This document shows positions 22,503 to 32,000 of a DNA stretch of 32,000 nt, in pieces; position 1 is the first letter of the stretch, and each line of letters opens with the position of its first letter. A program made the position numbers and the translations under genes. This stretch comes from an uncultured Syntrophobacter sp. (GTDB lineage Bacteria; Desulfobacterota; Syntrophobacteria; Syntrophobacterales; Syntrophobacteraceae), in contig CAZIJV010000030.1 in NCBI GenBank assembly GCA_964539645.1, positions 3,200 to 35,199 on the forward strand, read 5' to 3'. Under the pieces are notes generated by a model that made no database searches, was not told the DNA's origin, and saw only the letters and a program-made list of their open reading frames with translations.

Positions 22503-25500
22503 TTATTCGAAGAGCACCCCTTGCATCAGGGTAGCGTCCTTGCCGGCGCTCAGTCTGCTCCAGCCGGGGTTGGAGTAGAGATAGAGTCCCTTATCGGGAA
22601 TAACGGCTGCAAGCTTCCCGCCGTATATGGCGATCCTGTCGGGATTATAGGGGGTGATCGTCTTCCAGGCTTTTTTCTCGTACCTCGCGATTCCCTGTGC
22701 TCCACGGTCGATGTAGAGCGTGAACCGGGTGGAGGCAAAGCCTTCCGCCGAAGGATTCGAGGAGATCCTTGTCCAGGAGTTGTTCCTGTAGAGGTAAATC
22801 CCCGGGGTTGAGGCCGAGTCGATAGAAGCGGCAAGAGTTTTGCCGAAGGCGTGCATGAGACCCGGGTTTCGAGTGGTGATTCTCACCCATGAGCCGTCAT
22901 AGCGGTAGATGCCTCTTTTTCCGAAATCCACGAAGAGCCTTTTCTCGATACCCACCATCTGCTCGGCGCCGGTCCAGGAACTGATTCTTTTCCACTCAGA
23001 CCCGTCGTACATCCAGAGGCCGATTTCGGGAAAGTTGGCCACGAGCTTTTCACCGCAGGCCGCCATCATGGTGGGGTTGGAAGTGTGGATCTTGGTCCAG
23101 CCTCCCTTATACCGGTATACTCCTTTGGCTCCCGCATCCACATAGAGCGAGTCGCCAATGCCCAGAACCGACTCGGTGGACTTCAACGAAGTGAGCTTTT
23201 CCCAAGCCGATCCATCGTGCAGGTAGAGTCCCAGCTCAGGGAAGCTCACCACCAGCCTGTCACCCCAGGTGGACAGCACGTTCGGGTGTTGCGAGCTGAT
23301 CTTTTTTCGGCTTCCATCCCAGAGCTGCAGCCTCTCGGAGGGGAAATCGACCGCGAGGGCAGGGCGCCCCTTCCATTTGGCTATGCGGCTGGAAGGTTTT
23401 CCGCCCGCCGTGCTGAAAGATCCCCCGGCGTAGATGTTTCCGCCAACATCCGCGGCAAGGGCCAAGACGGCGTCATTCATCCCGGAGCCAAGAGCAGACC
23501 ACTCCCTGCCATTCCATTTGGCGATTCTGTTCGCTGCCACTCCGCCAATCTCTGTAAAGTACCCCGCGGCATAAAGATTGCCAATTTCGTCGGCGGCAAG
23601 TGCGCTGAGGTCGTGAGTTCCCCGTGCAATATTGAACCAGGCGGTTCCATCCCATCTGTAAATATTTGAACCAGTCGCCATTGAGTAGGCAGTGGCACAA
23701 TAGAGATTTCCGCGCCCGTCCACGGCAAGGGCGAGAACACTACGGTTGGCGCCTTTTCCCAAAGCAGACCATTCAGTCCCGTTCCATTTTGCGATATGGT
23801 TTGCCGGCGTGTCGCCTGCCCTGGTAAAATCGCCCCCGGCGTAGAGATTTCCGCTCCCATCCACAGCCAGGGCATAGACACTGCCATCGAGACCTTTCCC
23901 TAGCGCAGACCATTCAGTGCCGTTCCACTTGGCAATGTGGAGTGCGGGTTTACCGCCTGCCATGGTGAAATCTCCGCCGGTATATAGAGTTCCCCTCCCG
24001 TCCACAGCAAGGGCATTGATGCGGTGGTTGGCGCCTTCTCCCAGAGCAGACCATTCGCTACCGTCCCATTTAGCAATGTGATTGACTGACTTGCCCCCGG
24101 CAGATGTAAGCCATCCGGCTGCATACAGGTTCCCGTCGGGATGTGCCGCGAGCGCCAGGACACCATCATCAACTCCCGATCCGAGGGGCGACCATGCACT
24201 TCCGTTCCATTTCGCTATGTTTTGCGTGGATGCATTACCGGCAATGTCGAAACAACCGGCGGCATAGAGCATTTCTCCGGCGTCGAGGGTAATTGCAGCG
24301 ACATGAGAATCGGAGTTGTCGTTGTTGATGACCCCTGAGCCACCACCAACAGAGGTCCATTCACCGCCATTCCATTTTGCAAAATTGTTTGCTGTAATCC
24401 CTCCCATACGGGAGAAATATCCTCCTGCATAGAGGCTCCCCTGCCGATCGATGCTAATGGCTGCAACGCTATCGTTAAAAGATTCGTAGGTGATTCCCGA
24501 GCCAAGGGAAGACCACTCGCTGCCGTTCCATCTGGCTATACCGCTTGCCGCCACCCGGCCTTCAGTAATGAATCGTCCCCCCACGAAAAGATTTCCAAAA
24601 CTATCCGTTTTAAGAGCCCAGACACGATCATTTTCACCGCCGCTGATTCCGGGTCCAAGTGGAGCCCATCCTCTGCCGTTCCATTTAGCCAGGTTTTTTG
24701 CCGCTACTCCGCCTGCCGTGGTGAAATGTCCTCCGGCATAGATATTCCCGGCCACATCAATGGCGATGGAGTTGACATCATCATTCGTACCCGATGAAAT
24801 AGCAGACCAACATGATCCATTCCACCTGGCTATGTTCCCAGCTTCTATTCCCCCCGCGGTGGAGAAGCGCCCTCCGGCATACAGATTTCCACTCTGATCG
24901 ATTGCGAGGGCACGGACAAAGGGGAGATAGAAAGCGCCTATAGGACCTATTCCGGAACCAAGAGCAGACCACTTCGCGCCGTCCCATTTGGCTATAGAGT
25001 GTGCCGCGACCTCACCTGCGATGGTGAAATGTCCACCAGCGTAGAGGTTTCCCGCTTCATCCACTGTCAAGCCATAAACCCCTCCAGGTGTATAATGACC
25101 AAATTCAGGCTCCCGCCTTACTCCATTTCCGAGAGCAACCCACTCAACGCCATTCCATTTAGCGATGTTGTTTGCCGGGACTCCCCCCGCAAATGCGAAC
25201 AGTCCACCGGCATAGAGATTTCCCTTTCCATCCAAGGCAAGAGACCAGACAGGGCCGTCCATTCCGGACCCGAGAGGAGACCATCTGCTACCGTCCCATT
25301 TGGCGATATGGTTTACCATGACCCCCCCGGCGGTGATGAATGGTCCCCCGGCATAAACGTTACCCTGTGCATCCGTAACAAGGGTATTGATTCCGTATTC
25401 TATTCCGCTCGGATAGAAGTTTTCAGCCCACCGCACATCACCGGCAACAGCCTCCACCTCAACCCCCGGCGCTTCGTCGGAGGCGATTTGCACTTCGACC

Positions 25501-25586
25501 GGGGCATTCAACAACATGGCAAATGCTGCTGCGAATGGGAACGCCAGAATGAGCAATAGCGTAATTCTCAAAATGCGTTTAATCAT
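22503..25586 (-). CDS. Large secreted repeat protein (1027 aa): about 13 tandem ~55-aa IAKW(D/N)G-type repeats plus a second C-terminal repeat class; predicted beta-propeller arrays
   Basis: The start is ATG 25586 (AGGAG upstream), giving the signal peptide MIKRILRITLLLILAFPFAAAFA. The unit NHIAKW(D/N)GxxWSxLGxGxxxxVxALAxDxxGNLYAGGxFTxAGGxxA recurs throughout. The C-terminal third has about 6 repeats of the type GLYLHDGSAWEKLTS / GIYRYDGSWVRITT. Confidence 0.8.
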   Translation of the reverse strand: MIKRILRITLLLILAFPFAAAFAMLLNAPVEVQIASDEAPGVEVEAVAGDVRWAENFYPSGIEYGINTLVTDAQGNVYAGGPFITAGGVMVNHIAKWDGSRWSPLGSGMDGPVWSLALDGKGNLYAGGLFAFAGGVPANNIAKWNGVEWVALGNGVRREPEFGHYTPGGVYGLTVDEAGNLYAGGHFTIAGEVAAHSIAKWDGAKWSALGSGIGPIGAFYLPFVRALAIDQSGNLYAGGRFSTAGGIEAGNIARWNGSCWSAISSGTNDDVNSIAIDVAGNIYAGGHFTTAGGVAAKNLAKWNGRGWAPLGPGISGGENDRVWALKTDSFGNLFVGGRFITEGRVAASGIARWNGSEWSSLGSGITYESFNDSVAAISIDRQGSLYAGGYFSRMGGITANNFAKWNGGEWTSVGGGSGVINNDNSDSHVAAITLDAGEMLYAAGCFDIAGNASTQNIAKWNGSAWSPLGSGVDDGVLALAAHPDGNLYAAGWLTSAGGKSVNHIAKWDGSEWSALGEGANHRINALAVDGRGTLYTGGDFTMAGGKPALHIAKWNGTEWSALGKGLDGSVYALAVDGSGNLYAGGDFTRAGDTPANHIAKWNGTEWSALGKGANRSVLALAVDGRGNLYCATAYSMATGSNIYRWDGTAWFNIARGTHDLSALAADEIGNLYAAGYFTEIGGVAANRIAKWNGREWSALGSGMNDAVLALAADVGGNIYAGGSFSTAGGKPSSRIAKWKGRPALAVDFPSERLQLWDGSRKKISSQHPNVLSTWGDRLVVSFPELGLYLHDGSAWEKLTSLKSTESVLGIGDSLYVDAGAKGVYRYKGGWTKIHTSNPTMMAACGEKLVANFPEIGLWMYDGSEWKRISSWTGAEQMVGIEKRLFVDFGKRGIYRYDGSWVRITTRNPGLMHAFGKTLAASIDSASTPGIYLYRNNSWTRISSNPSAEGFASTRFTLYIDRGAQGIARYEKKAWKTITPYNPDRIAIYGGKLAAVIPDKGLYLYSNPGWSRLSAGKDATLMQGVLFE

Positions 25587-25968
25587 GAGCGGTGACTCCT
25601 TGTGATCGGACACACATATTGCAGAAAATACATGGAAAGTGAGCCTTTGGCATAAACAGGCATAATGGCGGAACAATACCAGTAGCTATAGCTGACCTTT
25701 TTGATTAGGTTGAATAGCATCGGTCACGGAGTCTGTCAAATGCATTGCGCCTAAATGGCCACTGCGGCTATCGCCATCTGGAACAAGTGGATGCGCTTTG
25801 GGATTGGAAAAGAATGGAAAGAGCCGGTGGGCATTGAAGTTTATGCCCACCCTGCGTGCATTGCTGGTCAATAAATATCTGAGTGCATTGAGTATTTGAG
25901 TGTAGTTATCCGGGACTTTTCACGAATTGCCTGAGAATCAAATCAAATGGAACTGTCGCCACTTTGTC

Positions 25969-28900
25969 CTACCCGGCTGTCGCTCGTGGCTGTTCGTTGC
26001 TCACCGACTGTCTCAAAGGCAGTTGAATGATGAAGGTAGAGCCTTTGCCGGGTCCGCTCCGGGCAGTGATACTTCCGTTGTGACGTTCAGAAATTTTTTG
26101 GCAGATGGCCAGTCCCATGCCTGTGCCCTCATATTCATTCCTGGCGTGAAGCCTCTGGAAAGGGGCGAAAATCTGTTGCAAGTACTGTTCGTCAAAACCG
26201 ATACCGTTATCTTCAACCGAGACCCGGCAGAAATCGCCACTCACGCTTGAGGATACTCTAACAACGGGCCTTTCACCCGGCTTATGGAATTTCAGGCCGT
26301 TGCCGATCAGGTTCTGAAAGAGTTGTCGCATCTGGATTGGATTGGCTTCAATGATCGGCAGTTCTTCGACCAGCACTTCGCCCCCGGTGCTCTCTATCCT
26401 GACCTCCATGTCCGAGAGGACTTCGCCGATAATCTCGGCAAGATCCACCCTTAGGAAATCTCCCGGATTAACCGTGACCCTGGAATATTCAAGAAGAGAG
26501 TGGATAAGCGACTGCATTCGCTCCGCGGCGCCTGTTATTCGACCGAGATAATCTTTGCCGGACTGCCCGAGCGCTTCGCCATGTCTTTGCGTAAGGATAT
26601 GCCCGAACGAAATGACCTTTCGGAGAGGTTCTTTCAGATCATGAGAGGCAATGGATACGAAATCCTGCAGAGCCTGATTGCTGCGTTCGATTTCTTCGGT
26701 TCTTTCACGTACCCTGAGTTCCAGTTCCTGATGCGACTTTCGGATTTGCTCCTCCGCCCGTTTCCGTAAGAGCGCCTCGGCAAAGGCCAATGCCAGGGCT
26801 TCGATATCCCGCGCATCGTTTTCGTCGTATCCCCCCGCCTTGTTTCCCAGAGCGATCATCCCGAAAGTCCTCTCAGCTCTCTTCAACGGTACGCCCATAA
26901 AGGCGTTGATCGGTGGATGTCCTTCAGGCAATCCCGTCATATCCGGGTGAGAAGAAGGCTCGTTCGCCGTTACAATCTGTCCTTCCAGTAATACTTGGCC
27001 CAAGATGCCGCTGACGATCATATTCCGCAGCAGTTGCCGTTCATTGTTCACCGGCAGTCTGCAGGCGTCCCATCCCGGAGCGCTCAGATTGATGGAATCG
27101 AAGGAAGCGTTTTCATCGATTTCTCCCAGGAAGCCGAATTGACTTCCGGTTAGCTCTTCGGCAATGGCAAGACATGTTTTTGCGAGTTCCTCTTCAGATT
27201 CGATACATATGGCCTCTCTCAGCACCCTGTTAATCCCCTGGAGCAGGGCGGTCTGCCTCTGCAGAGCTGCCTCGGCGATCTTGCGCTCTGTTATATCGGT
27301 TCCTACCGCGAGTATTTCGGATACCTGACCGTCCTTATCTGTTATTGCCTTATTGGTCCAGGCCATCCAGACCCGCCGGCCGTCACGGCAGATGTTTTCA
27401 TTAAGAGTGGTTTTATACTTGCCCGGCCGGCGGAGGATGTCCTGGATGAGCGTAGACAGATCAACGCCCGATGAATCCTTGCCCGGAACGAGCAGCGAGA
27501 CGTTCTTGCCCATGATTTCTTCGGCGCGATAGCCGAAAAATGACTGAGCGTATTCGTTGAAGAATATCACGGTCCCATCATGCCTCCAGCGGATAATGGC
27601 GCTGTTGGCGTTTTGAACCAGTTCTCGGTACCTTCTCTCACTGTCGGCCACTGCCTCCTCGAGTTGCTTTCGCTTCGTAACGTCCACCATAACACCGTCC
27701 CAGAGTATCGAACCGTCGCCTATCGGGCGTGGAGTAGAACGGCAGTGGATCCACCTGGTTTCTCCTGCAACCGTGCGTTGCCTGAATGCACAGTCCAATG
27801 GAGAAAGAGTGCGAGCCGATATCTCTTCGGCCTCACGCAGGCGGGGAAGGTCCTCCTCCAGGATGAGGTCTCGAAACTTTTGGGGGTAAGCAAGAACATC
27901 AGCGGCGCTCATGCCCAAAAGCTTCTCTATTCCGGCGCTCATATACACATAGGTCACCCGGCCTTGAGAGTCTGAGAGGTGCTGGTAAATTGCGCCTCCT
28001 GGAATATTGTCCCCAATGGTTCTCAGGCGTTCTTCGCTTTTGCGAAGAGTCTCTTCACGATCTTTTACTCTTTCCGCCATGGTGGTGAATGCCGCTGCAA
28101 GGTCTTTGATTTCGGCGGGACCTGAGGTAATCGAAGTGCTTCCAAAATCTCCGCGGCCAAGCGCAACGGCATATTCCCGCAACTTTGCGATGGAACCGGC
28201 GATCGTGCGGGAGAAGAACATCGCAGCGAAGAAAGCGGCAAAAGAGACCAGGATCAAAAGGATGGTCTGCTGGAGAAGAGAGGAACGGATTTCGGCAACC
28301 ATCGCCTCCTCGGATCGTCCGGCAGTTGCAATCCATCCGATTGCCTCTATGGGAGCGAGACCCACCAGCCGTTTTTCCCCGGTGAAAACCGAGATGATGG
28401 TCGTCGTAGACTCTTTGCCCGCGTAAGCCTCCATAAATGCAGGGAGGTGGTTGGCCATGTTTCTTTCCTCCCACTTAAGGTGCGGTATAGGAAAGCGATA
28501 GACCAGCATCCCCATGTTATCGATGATGTTTATTGTTCCGCCTTTGGCTCTTTCAACCGAGAGCAGCGATCCAAGCTGCTCGGGCAGGACGGTGGCGACT
28601 ACCACTCCAAGCAACTCGCCGCTCTCAGAACGAATGCCTCGGGATATGCCGAAAACCGGCTGTCCCGTGGTGCGTGCAAGGACGAGTTCACCGACCGTCC
28701 ATTCACGGCCTCCGACGATGTCTTTGAAATAATTCCGGTCGCGATTATTGTTGCCGACCATCGCGGGATTGCTCGAATAAATAAAGGCGCCCTCCGGGTC
28801 CACCCAGGAAAAGTCGCGTATGGCTGCATGATCGGTGTCCGATTGTCTGAGAAGCCGTGTGATGTCTTCGGGTTTCATGGGTTGCGAGGATGTGATCGCT

Positions 28901-29172
28901 AGGCCGATTGTAAGCTCCTGGTGGAGGACGTCCTGCACAAAACCGTGGAAAGTCCTGGCCACGACCCGAGCCATTTCGAGGTTTTCCTGGAGTTCCTCCC
29001 CCCGGCGATGTTCGAACCTGTGGTGATAGACATAGCCCTGGATAAAGAGGCTGGGGATGAGCAAAATGATCAGAAGGAAGAAAAGCTTCCCTTGAATCTT
29101 TTCCGTAAATTTTCCTCTTGACGGCTGTGCTTCCGGCGAGTTCATCAATCCAGTCCTTATAGGGATGGGCAC
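25969..29172 (-). CDS. Multi-sensor histidine kinase (TM - Cache-like periplasmic domain - TM - HAMP - 3x PAS - GAF - HisKA - HATPase_c)
   Basis: Two hydrophobic helices bracket a roughly 270-aa extracytoplasmic region. A HAMP-like IAKLREYAVALGRGDF is present. PAS hallmarks and coiled-coil linkers follow. The GAF region is FGFLGEID...GVPLKRAERTFGMIALGNK. The H-box is FVSIASHDLKEPLRKV. The N/G boxes are QNLIGNGLKF, DNGIGF and GTGMGLAICQ. The start is 29172 (16-nt overlap with the upstream receiver gene) or the ATG at 29145. Confidence 0.9.
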   Translation of the reverse strand: MPIPIRTGLMNSPEAQPSRGKFTEKIQGKLFFLLIILLIPSLFIQGYVYHHRFEHRRGEELQENLEMARVVARTFHGFVQDVLHQELTIGLAITSSQPMKPEDITRLLRQSDTDHAAIRDFSWVDPEGAFIYSSNPAMVGNNNRDRNYFKDIVGGREWTVGELVLARTTGQPVFGISRGIRSESGELLGVVVATVLPEQLGSLLSVERAKGGTINIIDNMGMLVYRFPIPHLKWEERNMANHLPAFMEAYAGKESTTTIISVFTGEKRLVGLAPIEAIGWIATAGRSEEAMVAEIRSSLLQQTILLILVSFAAFFAAMFFSRTIAGSIAKLREYAVALGRGDFGSTSITSGPAEIKDLAAAFTTMAERVKDREETLRKSEERLRTIGDNIPGGAIYQHLSDSQGRVTYVYMSAGIEKLLGMSAADVLAYPQKFRDLILEEDLPRLREAEEISARTLSPLDCAFRQRTVAGETRWIHCRSTPRPIGDGSILWDGVMVDVTKRKQLEEAVADSERRYRELVQNANSAIIRWRHDGTVIFFNEYAQSFFGYRAEEIMGKNVSLLVPGKDSSGVDLSTLIQDILRRPGKYKTTLNENICRDGRRVWMAWTNKAITDKDGQVSEILAVGTDITERKIAEAALQRQTALLQGINRVLREAICIESEEELAKTCLAIAEELTGSQFGFLGEIDENASFDSINLSAPGWDACRLPVNNERQLLRNMIVSGILGQVLLEGQIVTANEPSSHPDMTGLPEGHPPINAFMGVPLKRAERTFGMIALGNKAGGYDENDARDIEALALAFAEALLRKRAEEQIRKSHQELELRVRERTEEIERSNQALQDFVSIASHDLKEPLRKVISFGHILTQRHGEALGQSGKDYLGRITGAAERMQSLIHSLLEYSRVTVNPGDFLRVDLAEIIGEVLSDMEVRIESTGGEVLVEELPIIEANPIQMRQLFQNLIGNGLKFHKPGERPVVRVSSSVSGDFCRVSVEDNGIGFDEQYLQQIFAPFQRLHARNEYEGTGMGLAICQKISERHNGSITARSGPGKGSTFIIQLPLRQSVSNEQPRATAG

Positions 29173-29621
29173 GGTAATGCCGCTGAAGGCATCTCCGCCA
29201 GTTGGAACCAGAAGCTCGAGATCAGTCTCGCGGCTTGAGTGAGTTCCTCAAACCTCGTGGGTTTTACGATATAGGCGCTGGCGCCCAGGCAGTAGCATTC
29301 TGAAATATTGTGCTCCTCATTCGAGGTGGAGAGGATCACGACCGGGATAGATCGGAGGTCGTGCGCCTTCTTGATCTCCTTCAATGCATCCTTGCCATGC
29401 AGCTTCGGCATATTCAGATCCAAGAGGATCAAGTCCGGTCGGGGTGACTGGGAGGCTTCGGAATAATCCCCCGTCCTGAGAAGATAGGCCATCAGCTCTT
29501 TCCCGTCCTCCACCGAATGGAAAGCATTTCTCCACCCTGCCTCGGTAAATGCGTCCCTGACGAGCATTACATCGTCAGCATCGTCATCAGCCATCAGAAT
29601 GACCGAATTCCTTTTCTTCAA
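29157..29621 (-). CDS. Stand-alone response-regulator receiver (CheY/Rcp1-like) protein
   Basis: The motifs ILMADDDADDV, the phospho-acceptor context DLILLDLNMPKLHG, VVILSTS and the conserved Lys in AYIVKP are all present. There is no output domain. The gene lies immediately after HK2 (stop 29622, start 29621). Confidence 0.9.
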   Translation of the reverse strand: MKKRNSVILMADDDADDVMLVRDAFTEAGWRNAFHSVEDGKELMAYLLRTGDYSEASQSPRPDLILLDLNMPKLHGKDALKEIKKAHDLRSIPVVILSTSNEEHNISECYCLGASAYIVKPTRFEELTQAARLISSFWFQLAEMPSAALPCPSL

Positions 29622-31502
29622 CTAGACAGCTCCCATTTGATTAATCGGTAGAGTCAGAATGAAAGTGGCCCCGGCATTCAGCGTGCTCTTGGCGGTAATG
29701 CTTCCGCCGTGCATTTCGAGCACCTTTCGGGAGATTGCGAGGCCAATGCCGTTTCCTTCGTACCTGGACCGGCTGTGCAGCCGTTGAAAGGGGGTGAATA
29801 TCTTTTCGAGAAAGGCCTCATCGAAGCCTATGCCGTTGTCTTCCACAAAAATATTGTATCGCCCGTCACCAGACGGTTCGCCATGAATCCGTATCTTCGG
29901 CTTTTCATCCCCGGCGAATTTCAGGGAGTTGCTTACCAGATTGGTGAACACCGTGGTCATTTGGCTCTGATCGGCTTCGATAACCGGAAGGTCTCCGATA
30001 TCGAAAACGGCCTCTTTACGTGCGATCTCCGGTTCCAGCGGGGCCAGTGCATCCCAGATAATACGGTTAAAATCGGCCGGAGCGAAGGTATCAGTGCGTG
30101 AGCTTAACATCGAATAGCAGAGAATGTCACGGGTAAGTGTACTCGCCCTTTGCGCGAGTGTTTGAATTCTATCAATATAATATCGATCTTGCATATCCAG
30201 GCGACAGGCGCACTTGGATGCGAGGCGGTCTCCGAGGGTTATCAGCAGGCGAAGGGGTTCCTGCAGATCGTGAGCCGCGATGTGATTAAAGTCGGCAAGG
30301 TCGCGGTTTACCCGCTCCAATTCCGCCGTGCGTTCCCGGACGCGAATCTCCAACAGGTCATGAGCCCTCCGCAACTCCTCTTCCATTCTTCTGCGTTCGG
30401 TGATATCGGAAAAGACACAATGTGTCTGGCTAAAGCATCCCTTCTCATCCCGGCCTGTCTTCCCATCGAGTGAGACGAGCATGAGAGAGCCATCGCCGCG
30501 GATCATCTCAAGTTCAATGCCGCGTCCCTGGCCCTCATCCTTGAAGGAAGCCAGTTTCTCCTCGAAGACCTTACGGGATTGCGGCGTGAGGAAATCGCCA
30601 AACCAGCGTCCAACGACCTTCTCGCGTGACAGACCAAGTGTCTCCAGCCATTTTTGGTTAACGGAGACGATACGCCCCTGATCATCCAGAGACTGGTAGG
30701 GAGTGGGAGCATCTTCAAAGAGGAAGCGAAAACGCTCTTCGCTTTGCTTCAGGTTTCGAAAAAGCAGGTCATAGGGGGAAACCAGGCCGGTCTCTATGAT
30801 CGCCTTGTAGATAAGATAAAAGGTGATGATCTTGAAAAAATGCCCGAGCATGTTTGAAAAACCGTAAACGCTCAGATAGGCGGTGAAGGAAAGCTCGGAC
30901 AAGATGGCAGAGGCGATCGAGGCAATGATGAGCGTCAGGACATTCTCGTTGAATTCCTTCCGGTTCTTCAAAAGTATACCGATAGAGGCAAGCAGGATCA
31001 GGCAAATGATGTATTCGCTGACAATTTTGAAGGGTGTCAGACCCTTACCCTCGATATAACAGTCGGGAAAAGCCCCATAGAAGATGGAGAAGAGGAGAAG
31101 AGCCGTCAGTATAGCGTAGCCGGCGAAAACCCGGTGCGGGCAAAGCTTTCTTTTCAGATAGCAATTGGCCAGCAGGAGCGACAAAGCTTCCATATACCTT
31201 GCGGCGATCCACAATTGAGTGGGAAGGTTCGCGTCGAATCCCTGGAATACTCCCATCCCTTTAAAGGCCAGCATATGCTGGAAATCGAATCCGCCGACAA
31301 AAATGTAGGCTATACCGATGAAGAGTAGATAATGGTTCTGGAGGAATCGCCGGGCGTTCCACGCCACCATGAATATGCCGCAGGCTATAACGATGCTGAA
31401 TCCTTCGGCAAGTGCATGAAAGAGCAGGTAGCCATAGAGGCTGGTCAGATAGATGCCGGAGAGTGCAAGGAAGAGAGGAAACGCCTCTTTAGCGATCATC
31501 AT
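29622..31502 (-). CDS. Sensor histidine kinase (MASE3-like 7-TM domain - PAS - HisKA - HATPase_c)
   Basis: The N-terminal roughly 230 aa are polytopic with MASE3-like motifs (LFHALAEGFSIVIACGIFMVAW...FIGIAYIFVGGFDFQHMLAFKGMGVF). A PAS domain follows. The H-box is FNHIAAHDLQEPLRLL. The N/G boxes are NLVSNSLKF, DNGIGF and GNGIGLAISR. Confidence 0.9.
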   Translation of the reverse strand: MMIAKEAFPLFLALSGIYLTSLYGYLLFHALAEGFSIVIACGIFMVAWNARRFLQNHYLLFIGIAYIFVGGFDFQHMLAFKGMGVFQGFDANLPTQLWIAARYMEALSLLLANCYLKRKLCPHRVFAGYAILTALLLFSIFYGAFPDCYIEGKGLTPFKIVSEYIICLILLASIGILLKNRKEFNENVLTLIIASIASAILSELSFTAYLSVYGFSNMLGHFFKIITFYLIYKAIIETGLVSPYDLLFRNLKQSEERFRFLFEDAPTPYQSLDDQGRIVSVNQKWLETLGLSREKVVGRWFGDFLTPQSRKVFEEKLASFKDEGQGRGIELEMIRGDGSLMLVSLDGKTGRDEKGCFSQTHCVFSDITERRRMEEELRRAHDLLEIRVRERTAELERVNRDLADFNHIAAHDLQEPLRLLITLGDRLASKCACRLDMQDRYYIDRIQTLAQRASTLTRDILCYSMLSSRTDTFAPADFNRIIWDALAPLEPEIARKEAVFDIGDLPVIEADQSQMTTVFTNLVSNSLKFAGDEKPKIRIHGEPSGDGRYNIFVEDNGIGFDEAFLEKIFTPFQRLHSRSRYEGNGIGLAISRKVLEMHGGSITAKSTLNAGATFILTLPINQMGAV

Positions 31503-31628
31503 GAGCTAATCCAGGGAAAAGGCTGTAAACGATACTTAATCAGGCTGCCGGGTAATTCCGCCTTATCGCCTATTTGGGGCCGCGAGAAAAGTTTTTTTCA
31601 ATTATGAGTCCGGAAGTAACGCCGACTC

Positions 31629-32000
31629 TCAATCCATTGATTCCCTTCCGATCTCTTTCCGGATATCGATTCCATACCTTTTGAGCCTGTTCCAGACGGT
31701 TACCCGGCTGATGCCAAGACTCTTCGCGGCCAGCGACTGGTTGCCCCCGCACCTGCGAAGAGCCTCGATGAGTGCATCGCGTTCGGCGGTATCTTCAACC
31801 GTCTCCAGGGGGAAGCAGACGGCAGGGCCGACGCCGGTGACGCCCGCCGGGAGGTGGGAAGGGGTGATGAGTCCTTCCTCGGCAATGACGAAAGCATATT
31901 CGAGCGCACTTTTGAGTTCCCGCACGTTTCCGGGCCATTCGTAGGCCATGAAACGCTTCATGGCTTCCGGGGAAATGCCGCTGATGTCCTTGCCGGTCCT
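31629..32000 (-). CDS. Sigma-54-dependent transcriptional activator (NtrC/EBP family), 3' part only; the gene continues beyond the window
   Basis: The open frame runs to the window edge. The end of the AAA+ module is ISPEAMKRFMAYEWPGNVRELKSALEYAFV. The Fis-type HTH is ERDALIEALRRCGGNQSLAAKSLGISRVTVWNRLKRYGI. Confidence 0.88.
   Translation of the reverse strand, partial: RTGKDISGISPEAMKRFMAYEWPGNVRELKSALEYAFVIAEEGLITPSHLPAGVTGVGPAVCFPLETVEDTAERDALIEALRRCGGNQSLAAKSLGISRVTVWNRLKRYGIDIRKEIGRESMD

Noticed and set aside
22503-25586. Regular ~165-nt periodicity at the DNA level as a CRISPR array or satellite repeat.
   Set aside because: The periodicity lies inside one long uninterrupted ORF and corresponds to ~55-aa protein repeats. 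There are no short identical direct repeats separated by unique spacers.
25648-25663. A sigma-54-like promoter, TGGCATAAACAGGCAT, near the sigma-54 activator cluster.
   Set aside because: The GG-to-GC spacing is one nucleotide short of the -24/-12 consensus. The -12 element lacks TTGC. The motif is on the plus strand, pointing at no plus-strand gene.

Overview
This is a 32-kb window from a high-GC chromosome. Gene content (cydAB, many PAS/GAF sensor kinases, a sigma-54 activator, Fe-S/flavin oxidoreductases) suggests an anaerobic Desulfobacterota-like bacterium, but that is inference only.

Left part (1-13.8 kb), mostly housekeeping-type genes:
- a cluster of REP-like palindromes
- a secreted D-aminoacylase-family amidohydrolase
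- cytochrome bd oxidase cydAB
- several small hypothetical genes, one with a tentative SLOG/DprA-like Rossmann fold
- a SAM methyltransferase with a Cys4 zinc-ribbon tail
- a BNR/Asp-box propeller protein
- a ThDP (acetolactate-synthase-like) enzyme, divergent from a 4Fe-4S ferredoxin plus FAD-oxidoreductase pair

Middle part (13.8-22.5 kb), the most interesting region:
- It is an AT-richer accessory tract wedged between the oxidoreductase stop codon and a convergent 1028-aa repeat protein.
- It is partitioned by at least four degenerate copies of the oxidoreductase gene's own 3' end. One pair shares a 42-nt exact match.
- Three copies of a roughly 50-nt hairpin element also occur here.
- No integrase or transposase is visible.
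- The first cargo block carries a translationally coupled pair: an unknown 166-aa protein and a 417-aa TIR/SEFIR-domain protein with an unassigned C-terminal domain. A lipoprotein and a membrane zinc-ribbon protein flank the pair. This is my best candidate for an undescribed defence or NAD-signalling module.
- The other cargo blocks hold a TPR/coiled-coil protein and decayed toxin-antitoxin remnants: a truncated DUF6516/TumE-like toxin, and a ParD-like antitoxin with a truncated RelE/ParE-like toxin.

Right part (22.5-32 kb):
- the giant repeat protein
- a Cache-HAMP-PAS-GAF histidine kinase
- a stand-alone receiver protein
- a MASE3-PAS histidine kinase
- the 3' end of a sigma-54 enhancer-binding protein

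I found no rRNA, tRNA or CRISPR array. All functional calls rest on motif recognition by eye, not on database searches.
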